This document shows positions 42,828 to 50,597 of a DNA stretch of 50,597 nt, in pieces. Each line of letters opens with the position of its first letter. Position 1 is the first letter of the stretch. The notes under the pieces are model-generated. The model saw nothing but the letters and a program-made list of their open reading frames with translations. It was not told the DNA's origin and did no database searches. The position numbers and the translations under genes were made by a program. This DNA comes from an uncultured Chloroflexia bacterium (GTDB taxonomy: Bacteria; Chloroflexota; Limnocylindria; Limnocylindrales; CSP1-4): assembly GCA_963749705.1 (NCBI GenBank), contig CAVVNQ010000013.1:1-50597 (forward strand). The letters run 5' to 3'.

Positions 42828-43532
42828 GTGCCCCGGCGCGAGACGCATCCGCTCCCGGTCGCGGTCGCCGTCCGCCTCGAGGTCGTCGACGACGCCCGGG
42901 CGATCTCGGTCATCGCCGGCCGGGTCGCCGAGGTCGGCGGGCGGGTTCGGACGCTGTCCACGGTGCGGCGCATCCCGTCACCCGGTGAGGCGGCCGGCGA
43001 TCAGGCGCTGGCGGAGCTCGAGCTCGAGGTCGAGGAAGCCGACGAGCACGCGCTCGTCGTCGCGCTCGAGGAGCTGGGCGAGGTCGTCGCGATCCGCCTG
43101 ACCCGCCCGCTGGGCAAGGTCTTCGGCAAGCGGGTGATCGTCGTCGGCGGGGGCGCGCAGGTCGCGCAGGTCGCGCTGGGCGCCGTGTCCGAGGCGGACC
43201 GCCACAACCTCCGCGGCGAGCGGATCTCGGTCGACACGATCCCGCTGGTTGGCGAGGACGCGATCGCCGCGGCGGTGCGCGCGGTCGCGGACCTGCCGCG
43301 TGCCCGGCTGCTGGTCCTGGCGGGCTCGATCATGGGCGGCGAGATCAGCCGCGCCGCCGAGGAGCTGCGCGCCGTCGGCATCCCGATCATCGCGCTCAAC
43401 ATGGTGGGCTCGATCACGGACCACGTGGACCTCGTGGTCAGCGACCCCGTCCAGGCCGGCACGATGGCTGTGATGGCCGTCGCGGACACCGCGACCTTCG
43501 ACCTCACCCGCCAGCGCGGCCGGAAGTACTGA
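42828..43532 (+). CDS. ACT-like plus DUF5612 domain protein (family known from euryarchaeal methanogens)
   Basis: FGKRVIVVGGGAQVAQVALGAVSEADRHNLRGERISVDTIPLVGE...LVLAGSIMGG...LNMVGS...DP.QAG.MAVM matches the family as I recall it. Confidence 0.8.
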   Translation: MPRRETHPLPVAVAVRLEVVDDARAISVIAGRVAEVGGRVRTLSTVRRIPSPGEAAGDQALAELELEVEEADEHALVVALEELGEVVAIRLTRPLGKVFGKRVIVVGGGAQVAQVALGAVSEADRHNLRGERISVDTIPLVGEDAIAAAVRAVADLPRARLLVLAGSIMGGEISRAAEELRAVGIPIIALNMVGSITDHVDLVVSDPVQAGTMAVMAVADTATFDLTRQRGRKY

Positions 43533-43544
43533 GGCGGCAGCCCG

Positions 43545-44444
43545 ATGCGGATCGCGACCTGGAACGTCAACTCGCTCAAGGCCCGCCAGGAGGCGGTCGA
43601 GAAGTGGCTCGCTCGCGCCGAGCCCGACGTGCTGCTCATCCAGGAGACGAAGCTGTCCGATGCCGACGCGCCGGTGATGCCGTTTCGGATGCTGGGCTAT
43701 GACCTCGTCCACCACGGCGAGGGTCGCTGGAACGGGGTCGGCATCCTGAGCCGGATCGGGGCGACCGATGTGATCACCAACTTCGGCGACGGCCCGGTTC
43801 GGGATTCGTCGGCGGGCGCCGCGGCAGGCTTCTCCGAGGACGACTTCAACCCGTTCGACGAGGCCCGGATGGTGTCCGCGGTGTGCGGCGGGATCCGCGT
43901 GACGAGCCTCTACGCGCCCAATGGCCGGATCGTCGGGTCGCCCTTCTACGAGGGCAAGCTGCGCTGGTTCGATCGCCTGGCCCGCTGGCTGGCGGAGGCG
44001 TGCTCGCCGGAGGAGCCGATGGTCCTCGGCGGCGACTACAACGTGACCCCGACCGACGCCGACGTGTGGGACGCCGTCAAGGCACATGGCGGGACCCACG
44101 TTTCGGAGCCGGAGCGCGAGGCGCTGGCCGCGCTGCGGGACTGGGGCCTGGTCGACGCCTACCGATCGGTCCAGCCGGCCGGCGGCCGGTTCTCGTGGTG
44201 GGACTACCGGGCCGGCAACTTCCACCGCAACGAGGGGATGCGGATCGACCTGCTGTACGCGACGCCGCCGGTGGCTGCCCGGGTCATCTGGGCGGAGATC
44301 GACCGCGAGGCGCGCAAGGGCCCGCCCACGCCGTCGGACCATGCGCCGGTGGTCATCGACCTCGACGAGCCCGGGCGCCCGTTCGATCCCGGCTGGAGCG
44401 GCGCCCTCGAGCGGATCGCCGCCCGGACGAAGCCTCGCCGCTGA
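43545..44444 (+). CDS. xth: Exodeoxyribonuclease III / AP endonuclease
   Basis: MRIATWNVNS, QETK, NGVGI, YAPNG, GDYN, FSWWDYR, RID, SDHAP. Confidence 0.95.
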   Translation: MRIATWNVNSLKARQEAVEKWLARAEPDVLLIQETKLSDADAPVMPFRMLGYDLVHHGEGRWNGVGILSRIGATDVITNFGDGPVRDSSAGAAAGFSEDDFNPFDEARMVSAVCGGIRVTSLYAPNGRIVGSPFYEGKLRWFDRLARWLAEACSPEEPMVLGGDYNVTPTDADVWDAVKAHGGTHVSEPEREALAALRDWGLVDAYRSVQPAGGRFSWWDYRAGNFHRNEGMRIDLLYATPPVAARVIWAEIDREARKGPPTPSDHAPVVIDLDEPGRPFDPGWSGALERIAARTKPRR

Positions 44445-44508
44445 CGTCGGCGCGCGCGGGCGGATCGCCGCCCGGACGAAACCTCGCCGCTGACGTCGGC
44501 GCGCGCGG
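44411..44508. repeat. 49-bp tandem duplication including the xth stop codon
   Basis: 44411-44459 and 44460-44508 are identical except for one G/A difference (44432 vs 44481). Confidence 0.95.
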
Positions 44509-44557
44509 GCGTGCGACTCACCCGGCGCGTCCGGGCGTGCGACTCACCCGGCGCGTC
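44506..44557. repeat. Perfect 26-bp tandem duplication
   Basis: CGGGCGTGCGACTCACCCGGCGCGTC at 44506 and 44532. Confidence 0.95.
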
Positions 44558-44709
44558 AGACCGCCAACCCTCGCCCTGCAGCTGGGGCTCGGACGGCTCC
44601 ACGGGCCGCGACGGCTGGCCGACAGCGGATAGGGCGACTCACTGGGTGAGTCGGCCATCGAGCGCCGCGCACCGGGGACGCGCGCCCGGCAGCGCGCTCC
44701 AGAGCCCGC

Positions 44710-45663
44710 CTACCCCACCCCGACCGGCTGCGGCGGCGTCGCCCGGCCGAGCGTGGCGCCCGAGCGCGCGATCGTCGTGCCGGCCTCGCCACGCAGCATC
44801 GCCGCCGCGTCGGCGAGCGACCCGATGGCCGCAAACCCCGCGTTGGCTCGCACGAACCGGCAGGCGGCCTCGACCTTGGGGCCCATCGAGCCGGCGGCGA
44901 AGGTGCGTTCCGCCATCTCGTCCGGCGACGCGCGCTGGATCGCCGATGCGTCCGGCGTTCCCCAGTCCGCGTAGACGGCGTCGACGTCGGTGAGCATCAG
45001 GAACGCGTCGGCGTGGAGCGAGGTGGCCAGCAGCGCACCCGCGAAGTCCTTGTCGATGACGGCCTCGATCCCGACGAAGCCGCCGCCGGGCATTGCCTCG
45101 ACCGGGATCCCGCCACCGCCCGCGCACACGACGATCACGCCTTCATGCACGAGCTGCTCGATGACCGCGATCTCGACGATCCGCATCGGCTGCGGCGAGG
45201 GCACCACGCGCCGCCACTTGTTGCCGTCGGGCGCGATCGCCCACGACTTCTCGGCCGCGTGGCGCTCGGCCTCCTCGCGGTCGTAGACGGGGCCGATGGG
45301 CTTGGTCGGGTGCTGGAACGCGGGGTCGGCCGGGTCGACCTCGATCCGCGTGAGGAGCGTGGCCAGCTGCCGGCCGGGAAGCAGATTGCCCAGCTCCTGC
45401 TCCAGCAGGTAGCCGATCATCCCCTCCGTCTCGGCATCGAGGATGTCCAGCGGGTACTCCTCGTCCGGCCGGTAGGCGGCGTTCTGGAGCGACAGCAGCC
45501 CCACCTGCGGGCCGTTGCCGTGGGTCAGGATCAGGTCGTGCTCGCGCGCGATGGGCAGCAGGGCCCGGGCGGCGACGGCCACGTTCGTCCGCTGGTTCTC
45601 GGCGGTCATCGGCTGACCCCGGCGAAGGAGCGCATTGCCCCCGAGCGCGGCCACGACGCGCAT
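44710..45663 (-). CDS. arcC: Carbamate kinase
   Basis: [54 protein letters not shown]. The ATG overlaps the upstream stop (TGATG). Confidence 0.96.
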   Translation of the reverse strand: MRVVAALGGNALLRRGQPMTAENQRTNVAVAARALLPIAREHDLILTHGNGPQVGLLSLQNAAYRPDEEYPLDILDAETEGMIGYLLEQELGNLLPGRQLATLLTRIEVDPADPAFQHPTKPIGPVYDREEAERHAAEKSWAIAPDGNKWRRVVPSPQPMRIVEIAVIEQLVHEGVIVVCAGGGGIPVEAMPGGGFVGIEAVIDKDFAGALLATSLHADAFLMLTDVDAVYADWGTPDASAIQRASPDEMAERTFAAGSMGPKVEAACRFVRANAGFAAIGSLADAAAMLRGEAGTTIARSGATLGRATPPQPVGVG

Positions 45664-46688
45664 CAGCGGCCACCTTCCCGGCTCAGGGTGGCCACGAGGA
45701 CCGCCTTGATCGTGTGCATCCGGTTCTCGGCCTGGTCGAACACGATCGATGCGGGCGACTCGAACACCTCGTCGGTCACCTCCATCGCCGTCAGTCCGTA
45801 GCGGTCGAACATCTTCCGGCCGACCTCGGTCTCGAGGTCGTGGAATGCCGGCAGGCAGTGCATGAACCGGACGTCCGGGTTGCCCGTCGCGGCCATCATC
45901 GCGGGGGTCACCTGGTAGCCGCGCAGCAGCGCCACGCGCTCGTCCCAGGTCGACTCCGGCTCGCCCATCGAGACCCAGACGTCGGTGTAGATCACGTCGG
46001 CACCATCGACGCCGGCCGCGATGTCGTCGGTCACCGTGATCCGCGCACCGCTCCGTGCGGCGAGCTCCTGGGCGATCTCGAGGAACGCGGGGCGTGGCCA
46101 GACGGCCTGTGGCGCGACGATCCGCAGGTCCATGCCCATGGTCGCGCAGCCGATCAGCAGCTCGTCGCCCATGTTGCCGCGGGCGTCGCCAACGTAGGCG
46201 AGCGCCACCTGCGACAAGGGCTTTGCGACGTGCTCGCGGATGGTCAGGAAATCGGCGAGCACCTGGGTCGGGTGGTCCTCGTCGGTCAGCCCGTTGTAGA
46301 CCGGGACGCCCGACCATTCCGCCAGGGCCTCGACGTCGACCTGGCGGAAGCCGCGGAACTCGATCGCGTCGTAGACCCGGCCCAGGACGCGCGCCGTGTC
46401 CTTGACCGACTCCTTCCTGCCGATGTGGGAGCCGCTGGGGCCCATGTAGGTGACATGCGCCCCCTGGTCGTACGCCGCGACCTCGAACCCGATCCGGGTG
46501 CGGGTCGAGTCCTTCTCGAAGATGAGCGCGATGCTCCGGCCGGCCAGCCGCCGGACCTCGCGGTGCTCGCGCTTCTCCTGCTTGAGGCGGGCGGAGAGCT
46601 GGAGGAGGTGCTCGATCTCCGCGGCGCTGAAGTCACGCAGCGTGAGGAACGAGCGACCGAGGAGATCAATGCCGAGATCGAGGGCCAT
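45663..46688 (-). CDS. argF: Ornithine carbamoyltransferase, probably catabolic given coupling to arcC
   Basis: [43 protein letters not shown]. Confidence 0.95.
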   Translation of the reverse strand: MALDLGIDLLGRSFLTLRDFSAAEIEHLLQLSARLKQEKREHREVRRLAGRSIALIFEKDSTRTRIGFEVAAYDQGAHVTYMGPSGSHIGRKESVKDTARVLGRVYDAIEFRGFRQVDVEALAEWSGVPVYNGLTDEDHPTQVLADFLTIREHVAKPLSQVALAYVGDARGNMGDELLIGCATMGMDLRIVAPQAVWPRPAFLEIAQELAARSGARITVTDDIAAGVDGADVIYTDVWVSMGEPESTWDERVALLRGYQVTPAMMAATGNPDVRFMHCLPAFHDLETEVGRKMFDRYGLTAMEVTDEVFESPASIVFDQAENRMHTIKAVLVATLSREGGR

Positions 46689-46825
46689 CGCCGGACTCCG
46701 AGGTGGCGCAGCAATGGGTACGAACCCGGACGCGCCGTGCCGGCGTCAGGGTCGAAGTGCCCTGAGGGTGCGCCCGGTCCGGGGGGCCTGTCATGGTCCG
46801 GGCGGCCCGTTGCGGACAGGATGGT

Positions 46826-47170
46826 CGGGCCGTCCGGAGGCGGCGCCGGGCGTCGGGCGCCACGAATTGGCCGGTCCCGGGTGGACGGTGGCGCCGGGCG
46901 TCGGGCTGTGGCGCCAGGCGCCACGAATTGGCGTGTCTGGCGCGAACCGTGGCGCCAGGCGCCACGAAGTCGCCGGTCCGGGCGGTCGTCGGGGCGGACT
47001 TGCCGCAATCGTGGCGCAGGACGCCACGCAGGCGCCATTTCGGTCGGTCTCGGCCCCGGATTCGCCCCGGGATGGCGGTTTCGTGGTCTGCAGCGCCACG
47101 GCCCAGCTCCCCCGTGGGCCGGCGACCCGGACGCCAGCCGGTCCGGCGCGGACGGTGGCGCCGGGCGTCG
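46826..47170. repeat. Cluster of REP-like palindromes and direct repeats in a 488-bp intergenic region
   Basis: GTGGCGCC-A-GGCGCCAC hairpins at 46908 and 46949, variants at 47010 and about 47082, GGCGCCACGAATTGGC twice, and a 34-bp near-duplicate at 46870-46903 / 47137-47170. Confidence 0.75.
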
Positions 47171-47176
47171 CGAGGA

Positions 47177-48478
47177 TCAGCTCCGCCCGGCCGCCTTCGC
47201 GCGAGCCCCGTGGCGGTCCCTGGTCGTGCCGTGGTCCGAGTGCGGCCCGTCGGCGACGTGGTGATGGCCGGGATCGCCGACCGGAGGGGGCGGGGCATCG
47301 TAGCGCTCGCGGACGACGCGGTGGCTGACCACGCCGTCGTCCGCGTACCGGTCAGCGACCATGACGTCAAACGCCTGGACCGACGCCTCGATCGAGGAGT
47401 AACGGCCGGCCTTCCAGGACCGCGATCGCGTTCCCTGCTGCTGGAGCTCGCATACGTGCCAGTCCTGGCGGTTGGTCACGTCCCAGAACGAGATCGCGTC
47501 GGCAGGATCGAAGTCGGGCGCGGCGATCGTCGCCTCCTCGAACAGCCACTCGCACTCCACGGTCGTGTTCCCGGCCGCGTGCGGGACGAGGCGATGTACG
47601 AGCAGGTAGTCCGGGTGGATCGACAGGAACGTGAGCGGCCACAGCACGTAGTAGTAGATCCGCTTCTCGTCCGTGGTCGTGATCCCGCACATCGGCGGCC
47701 GCCCGTCGCGCGAGCCGTGACCCCCGTCGAGCGCCATCGTCTCGGCCTCGCCGACAAGCTCCATCCAGCCGCCCTGCCATGCACCGTCGGGGTCGTAGTC
47801 GCCGCCCAGGTCGTAGGGCGTGAGCTTGTTGAGCTGGGGATGGACGCCCGGGCAGTGGTAGCACTCGCTGTAGTTCTCGGCGATGAACTTCCAGTTGGCG
47901 TTGACCTCGTAGTCGATGCGCTTTGCGGAGCGCAGCGTCCGGAAGTCGAACCGGGCGAAGTGCTCGACGAGGTCGCCCAGCTGGTCCACGAGCGGCGCCA
48001 CGGCCCCATCGGACAGGTTGACGAACACGAACCCCTGCCAGGTCTCCGTGTGGACGGAGGCGAGCCCGAAGGTGTCGAAGCTGAAGTCCTCGAGGTCCTC
48101 CGTGTGCTTGGCCCTGATGAGCTGGCCGTCGAGGTCATAGATCCAGGCGTGGTAGGGGCACTGGAAGCGGACCGCCTTGCCGCACTCGCGCTCCTCCACC
48201 GCGGTGCCCCGGTGGCGGCACACGTTGTAGAACGCCCGGATCACCTCGTCCCGGCCGCGCACCAGGAGCAGGTTCTCGCCGTCGACGACGAGCTGCCTGA
48301 AGCTGCCCGGCTCCGCCACGTCCTCCTCGCGGGCGACCATGACCCAGTCGCGACGGATGATGTGCTCACGCTCCCACTCGAGGATCGCCTCATCGTGGTA
48401 GGCGCGCGCCGGCAGCAGCGAGGCCGAGCGGAAGTCGCGGCGGACGGCAGCCAGCTCGTCGGGGGTCAGGACGCTCAT
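47177..48478 (-). CDS. Rieske non-heme iron oxygenase alpha subunit (choline monooxygenase/GbcA-like quaternary-amine group)
   Basis: NVCRHRG...CPYHAW (Rieske), NWK..AENYSECYHCPGVHP (Fe site), FWDVTNRQD..CE.QQ.G..S. Confidence 0.88.
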   Translation of the reverse strand: MSVLTPDELAAVRRDFRSASLLPARAYHDEAILEWEREHIIRRDWVMVAREEDVAEPGSFRQLVVDGENLLLVRGRDEVIRAFYNVCRHRGTAVEERECGKAVRFQCPYHAWIYDLDGQLIRAKHTEDLEDFSFDTFGLASVHTETWQGFVFVNLSDGAVAPLVDQLGDLVEHFARFDFRTLRSAKRIDYEVNANWKFIAENYSECYHCPGVHPQLNKLTPYDLGGDYDPDGAWQGGWMELVGEAETMALDGGHGSRDGRPPMCGITTTDEKRIYYYVLWPLTFLSIHPDYLLVHRLVPHAAGNTTVECEWLFEEATIAAPDFDPADAISFWDVTNRQDWHVCELQQQGTRSRSWKAGRYSSIEASVQAFDVMVADRYADDGVVSHRVVRERYDAPPPPVGDPGHHHVADGPHSDHGTTRDRHGARAKAAGRS

Positions 48479-48557
48479 GCGTGCATTCTGGCGGTCGGAC
48501 GGCCGGAGGCCAAGACGGCGGTGCGCGGGGCGGGCCGGTACGGCACACTTCGCGGCC

Positions 48558-50243
48558 ATGGCACGCATCGTCGATCGGTTCCGGGCGACGCTCCGCGTCG
48601 CCGCAGATGCGGCCCGAAGCCCTGCCCTCCGGCGTGCCGAGCTCGCGTTCCTGGCGTTCAACACCGTCGAGTACGGGTCGTGGGTGGCGATCCTGATCTA
48701 CGCCTACTCCGCGACCGGCGCGACGTCGGTCGGCGTCGTGGCCATCGCCCAGCTGGTGCCTGCGGCGGTCGTCGCGCCGCTTGCGGCGACGCTGGGTGAC
48801 CGCTACCCGCGCGAGCGCGTGCTCCTCGCCTCGTATGCGCTGCTGGCCACGTTCACCGGAGCAACCGCGGCCGGGATGCTTCTGGCATTGCCGGCACCCG
48901 CGGTCTACCTCGCTGCAATCGCGGCGGCGATGTCGCTGACGCTCGTTCGCCCGTCGCAGAACGCGCTGCTGCCCTCGCTGGCGCGCACGCCCCAGGAGCT
49001 GACGGCTGCCAACGCCGTGTCCAGCATCGCCGAGGCGGGCGGGCTCCTGCTCGGGCCACTGGCCGCTGCCGCCATCCTGATCGTGTCGACCCCCGGGGTC
49101 GTGCTGGCGATGCTCGCCGTGGCATCCGGGATCGCCGCGGTCCTGGTCGGCGGCCTGCGGCCGGAGCGGCGGTTCATCGCCACCATCATCGAAGGTGACA
49201 TGGCTGCGGAGGGCCCGCCGCGTGGCCGGGCCGTCGTGGCCGGGTTCCGGGCGCTTGCCGTCGACGCGGACGCTCGGCTCATCGTGCTCGTCCTCGCGTC
49301 GCGGACCCTGCTCATCGGCGTCACGGACGTGCTGTTCGTCCTGCTCGCCATCGACCTGTTCGAGACCGGAGAGTCGGGTGCGGCGCTGCTCTCCGCGGCG
49401 CTGGGCGCCGGCGGGATCGTCGGCGGTGGGGCGGCGTTCATGCTCGTCGGCCGGCCGCGGATCGCGCCGATCCTGCTTGCCTGCGCGGCCACCTTCGGGA
49501 TCTCGTTCGCGGTCATGGGCCTGGCCGGCTCGGGGACGCTGGCGCCCCTGCTGCTGCTGGCGGGCGGCACCGGGCTGACGGTGATGGACGTGGCGGGGCG
49601 CACGATCCTCCAGCGCAGCGTCCGTGACGAGGTCCTGGCCCGCGTGTTCGGGATCCTCGAGGGGCTGATGATGGCCGCGCTGGCCGCCGGCTCCATCCTG
49701 GTGCCGGTGGTCGTCGCGATCGTCGGCCTCGAATGGGCGGTGATCGTGTTCGCGGCCCTGCTCCCGGTCCTGCTCGCCGTCGCATGGCCGCAGCTTCGGG
49801 CCCTGGACCGGCGTGCCTCCGTGCCGGTCCGGGAGATCGCGCTGCTGCGCGGGCTGCCGCTGTTCGAGACGCTGGACCCGCCGGCGATCGAGGCGCTGGC
49901 CCGAGCCGCGACCTGGCGATCCGTGCCCGCGGGGGCGGTCATCATCCGCGAGGGCGACCCCGGGGACACGTTCTTTGCCCTGGAGTCCGGCTCGGTCGCC
50001 GTCAGCCGCGGTGGCACGCCGGTTCGCGAGCTGACGGGTTCCGGCAACGGCTTCGGCGAGATCGCCCTGCTCCGCGACGTGCCGCGCACGGCAACCGTCA
50101 CCTCGGTCAGCGATGTGGTCGTGCTCGAGCTGGCCCGCGCGCCGTTCCTGGCCGCGGTGACGGGGCACCCGGTGGTTGCCGCGCAGGCGAACCACGCGGT
50201 CGAGACCCTGCTCGAAGCGGACGACGCGGCAGGCCGTCGCTGA
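48558..50243 (+). CDS. MFS transporter fused to a C-terminal cyclic-nucleotide-binding domain
   Basis: About 12 hydrophobic segments with LGDRYPR, then LPLF..L...IIREGDPGD.F...SG.V...FGEIALL..VPRTATV. Confidence 0.9.
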   Translation: MARIVDRFRATLRVAADAARSPALRRAELAFLAFNTVEYGSWVAILIYAYSATGATSVGVVAIAQLVPAAVVAPLAATLGDRYPRERVLLASYALLATFTGATAAGMLLALPAPAVYLAAIAAAMSLTLVRPSQNALLPSLARTPQELTAANAVSSIAEAGGLLLGPLAAAAILIVSTPGVVLAMLAVASGIAAVLVGGLRPERRFIATIIEGDMAAEGPPRGRAVVAGFRALAVDADARLIVLVLASRTLLIGVTDVLFVLLAIDLFETGESGAALLSAALGAGGIVGGGAAFMLVGRPRIAPILLACAATFGISFAVMGLAGSGTLAPLLLLAGGTGLTVMDVAGRTILQRSVRDEVLARVFGILEGLMMAALAAGSILVPVVVAIVGLEWAVIVFAALLPVLLAVAWPQLRALDRRASVPVREIALLRGLPLFETLDPPAIEALARAATWRSVPAGAVIIREGDPGDTFFALESGSVAVSRGGTPVRELTGSGNGFGEIALLRDVPRTATVTSVSDVVVLELARAPFLAAVTGHPVVAAQANHAVETLLEADDAAGRR

Positions 50244-50262
50244 ACGGGTGCGCGGCGCCCGG

Positions 50263-50580
50263 TCAGAGCCGGATCAGGTCCTCCAGGTTCACGACCAGGA
50301 TCGTCGCGCCGGCGTAGTTGACGACCCGCTCCTGCCAGTCGCGCAGGCGCTCGGTCAGCACCAGCGGCAGCTCCACCTCGCGCCCGGCGCAGTTCGCCCG
50401 GAACAGGTCCACGACGTCAGGGAGCACCTCGTCCTTGACGGCCATGATCAGCGTCGTGTTGGCCGTCTCCAGGAAGCCGCCCGTCGAGGCCAACCGGGTG
50501 AACCGATGGCCGTCCCGTCGGAGGGCCTCGGCGACCCGCGCCGCGTCGTCATCCTGGACGATGGCCACCAGCAGCTTCAT
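50263..50580 (-). CDS. PII-like cyclic-di-AMP receptor (DarA/PstA family)
   Basis: MKLLVAIVQDDDA, TRLASTGGFL..ANTT, GATILV. GGAAGGG upstream of the start. Confidence 0.88.
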   Translation of the reverse strand: MKLLVAIVQDDDAARVAEALRRDGHRFTRLASTGGFLETANTTLIMAVKDEVLPDVVDLFRANCAGREVELPLVLTERLRDWQERVVNYAGATILVVNLEDLIRL

Positions 50581-50597
50581 CGTGTTGCCCCTTCCAC

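Noticed and set aside
44411-44557. CRISPR array or IS target-site duplication
   Set aside because: The copies are directly adjacent with no spacer or inserted element between them.
45663-46688. Putrescine carbamoyltransferase (agmatine deiminase pathway)
   Set aside because: It has the ornithine-type DVWVSMG loop and no agmatine deiminase is adjacent.
46826-47170. CRISPR array
   Set aside because: Repeats vary in length and sequence, spacing is irregular, the spacers are themselves repetitive, and there are no cas genes in the window.

Overview
Very GC-rich, gene-dense bacterial chromosomal window with about 40 real CDSs; most other ORFs in the track are shadow frames. Gene content (F420-type LLM and Ddn reductases, Ni-SOD, TreS-Mak/GlgE, GH57 glucanases, c-di-AMP receptor, Cys-rich LysM protein) suggests a Chloroflexota- or Actinomycetota-like soil/freshwater organism (inference only). 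Main blocks: (1) 140-8623, minus strand: ACT protein, LLM oxidoreductase, LysR, aminotransferase coupled to an atypical transketolase, and a membrane alpha/beta-hydrolase. (2) 8836-26899: an 18-kb alpha-glucan/trehalose cluster (glgA, glgP, two GH57, glgE, treS-mak, large GH13) with no glgB or glgC. (3) 27031-34208: holin-like membrane protein, lysA, homocysteine methyltransferase/MTHFR, TPM protein, NTF2-like protein, LysM protein. (4) 34346-44444: sodN-sodX, SIS, LLM, MarR-MFS-Rieske ferredoxin, LOG, Cys-less Spx/ArsC-like, Ddn, ACT, archaeal-type DUF5612, xth. (5) 44710-50580: arcC, OTCase, Rieske oxygenase, MFS-cNMP fusion, DarA-like receptor. Best candidate for an undescribed system: a cassette inside the glucan cluster (16411-17768). 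There a PlmA-like GntR gene faces a short divergent transcript missed by the ORF track, which has a near-consensus promoter, a palindromic operator, a 44-aa membrane peptide, a hairpin displaying an anti-Shine-Dalgarno loop and a terminator. No rRNA, tRNA, CRISPR-cas, integrase or transposase was recognised. All family calls come from motif recognition by eye, not from database searches.
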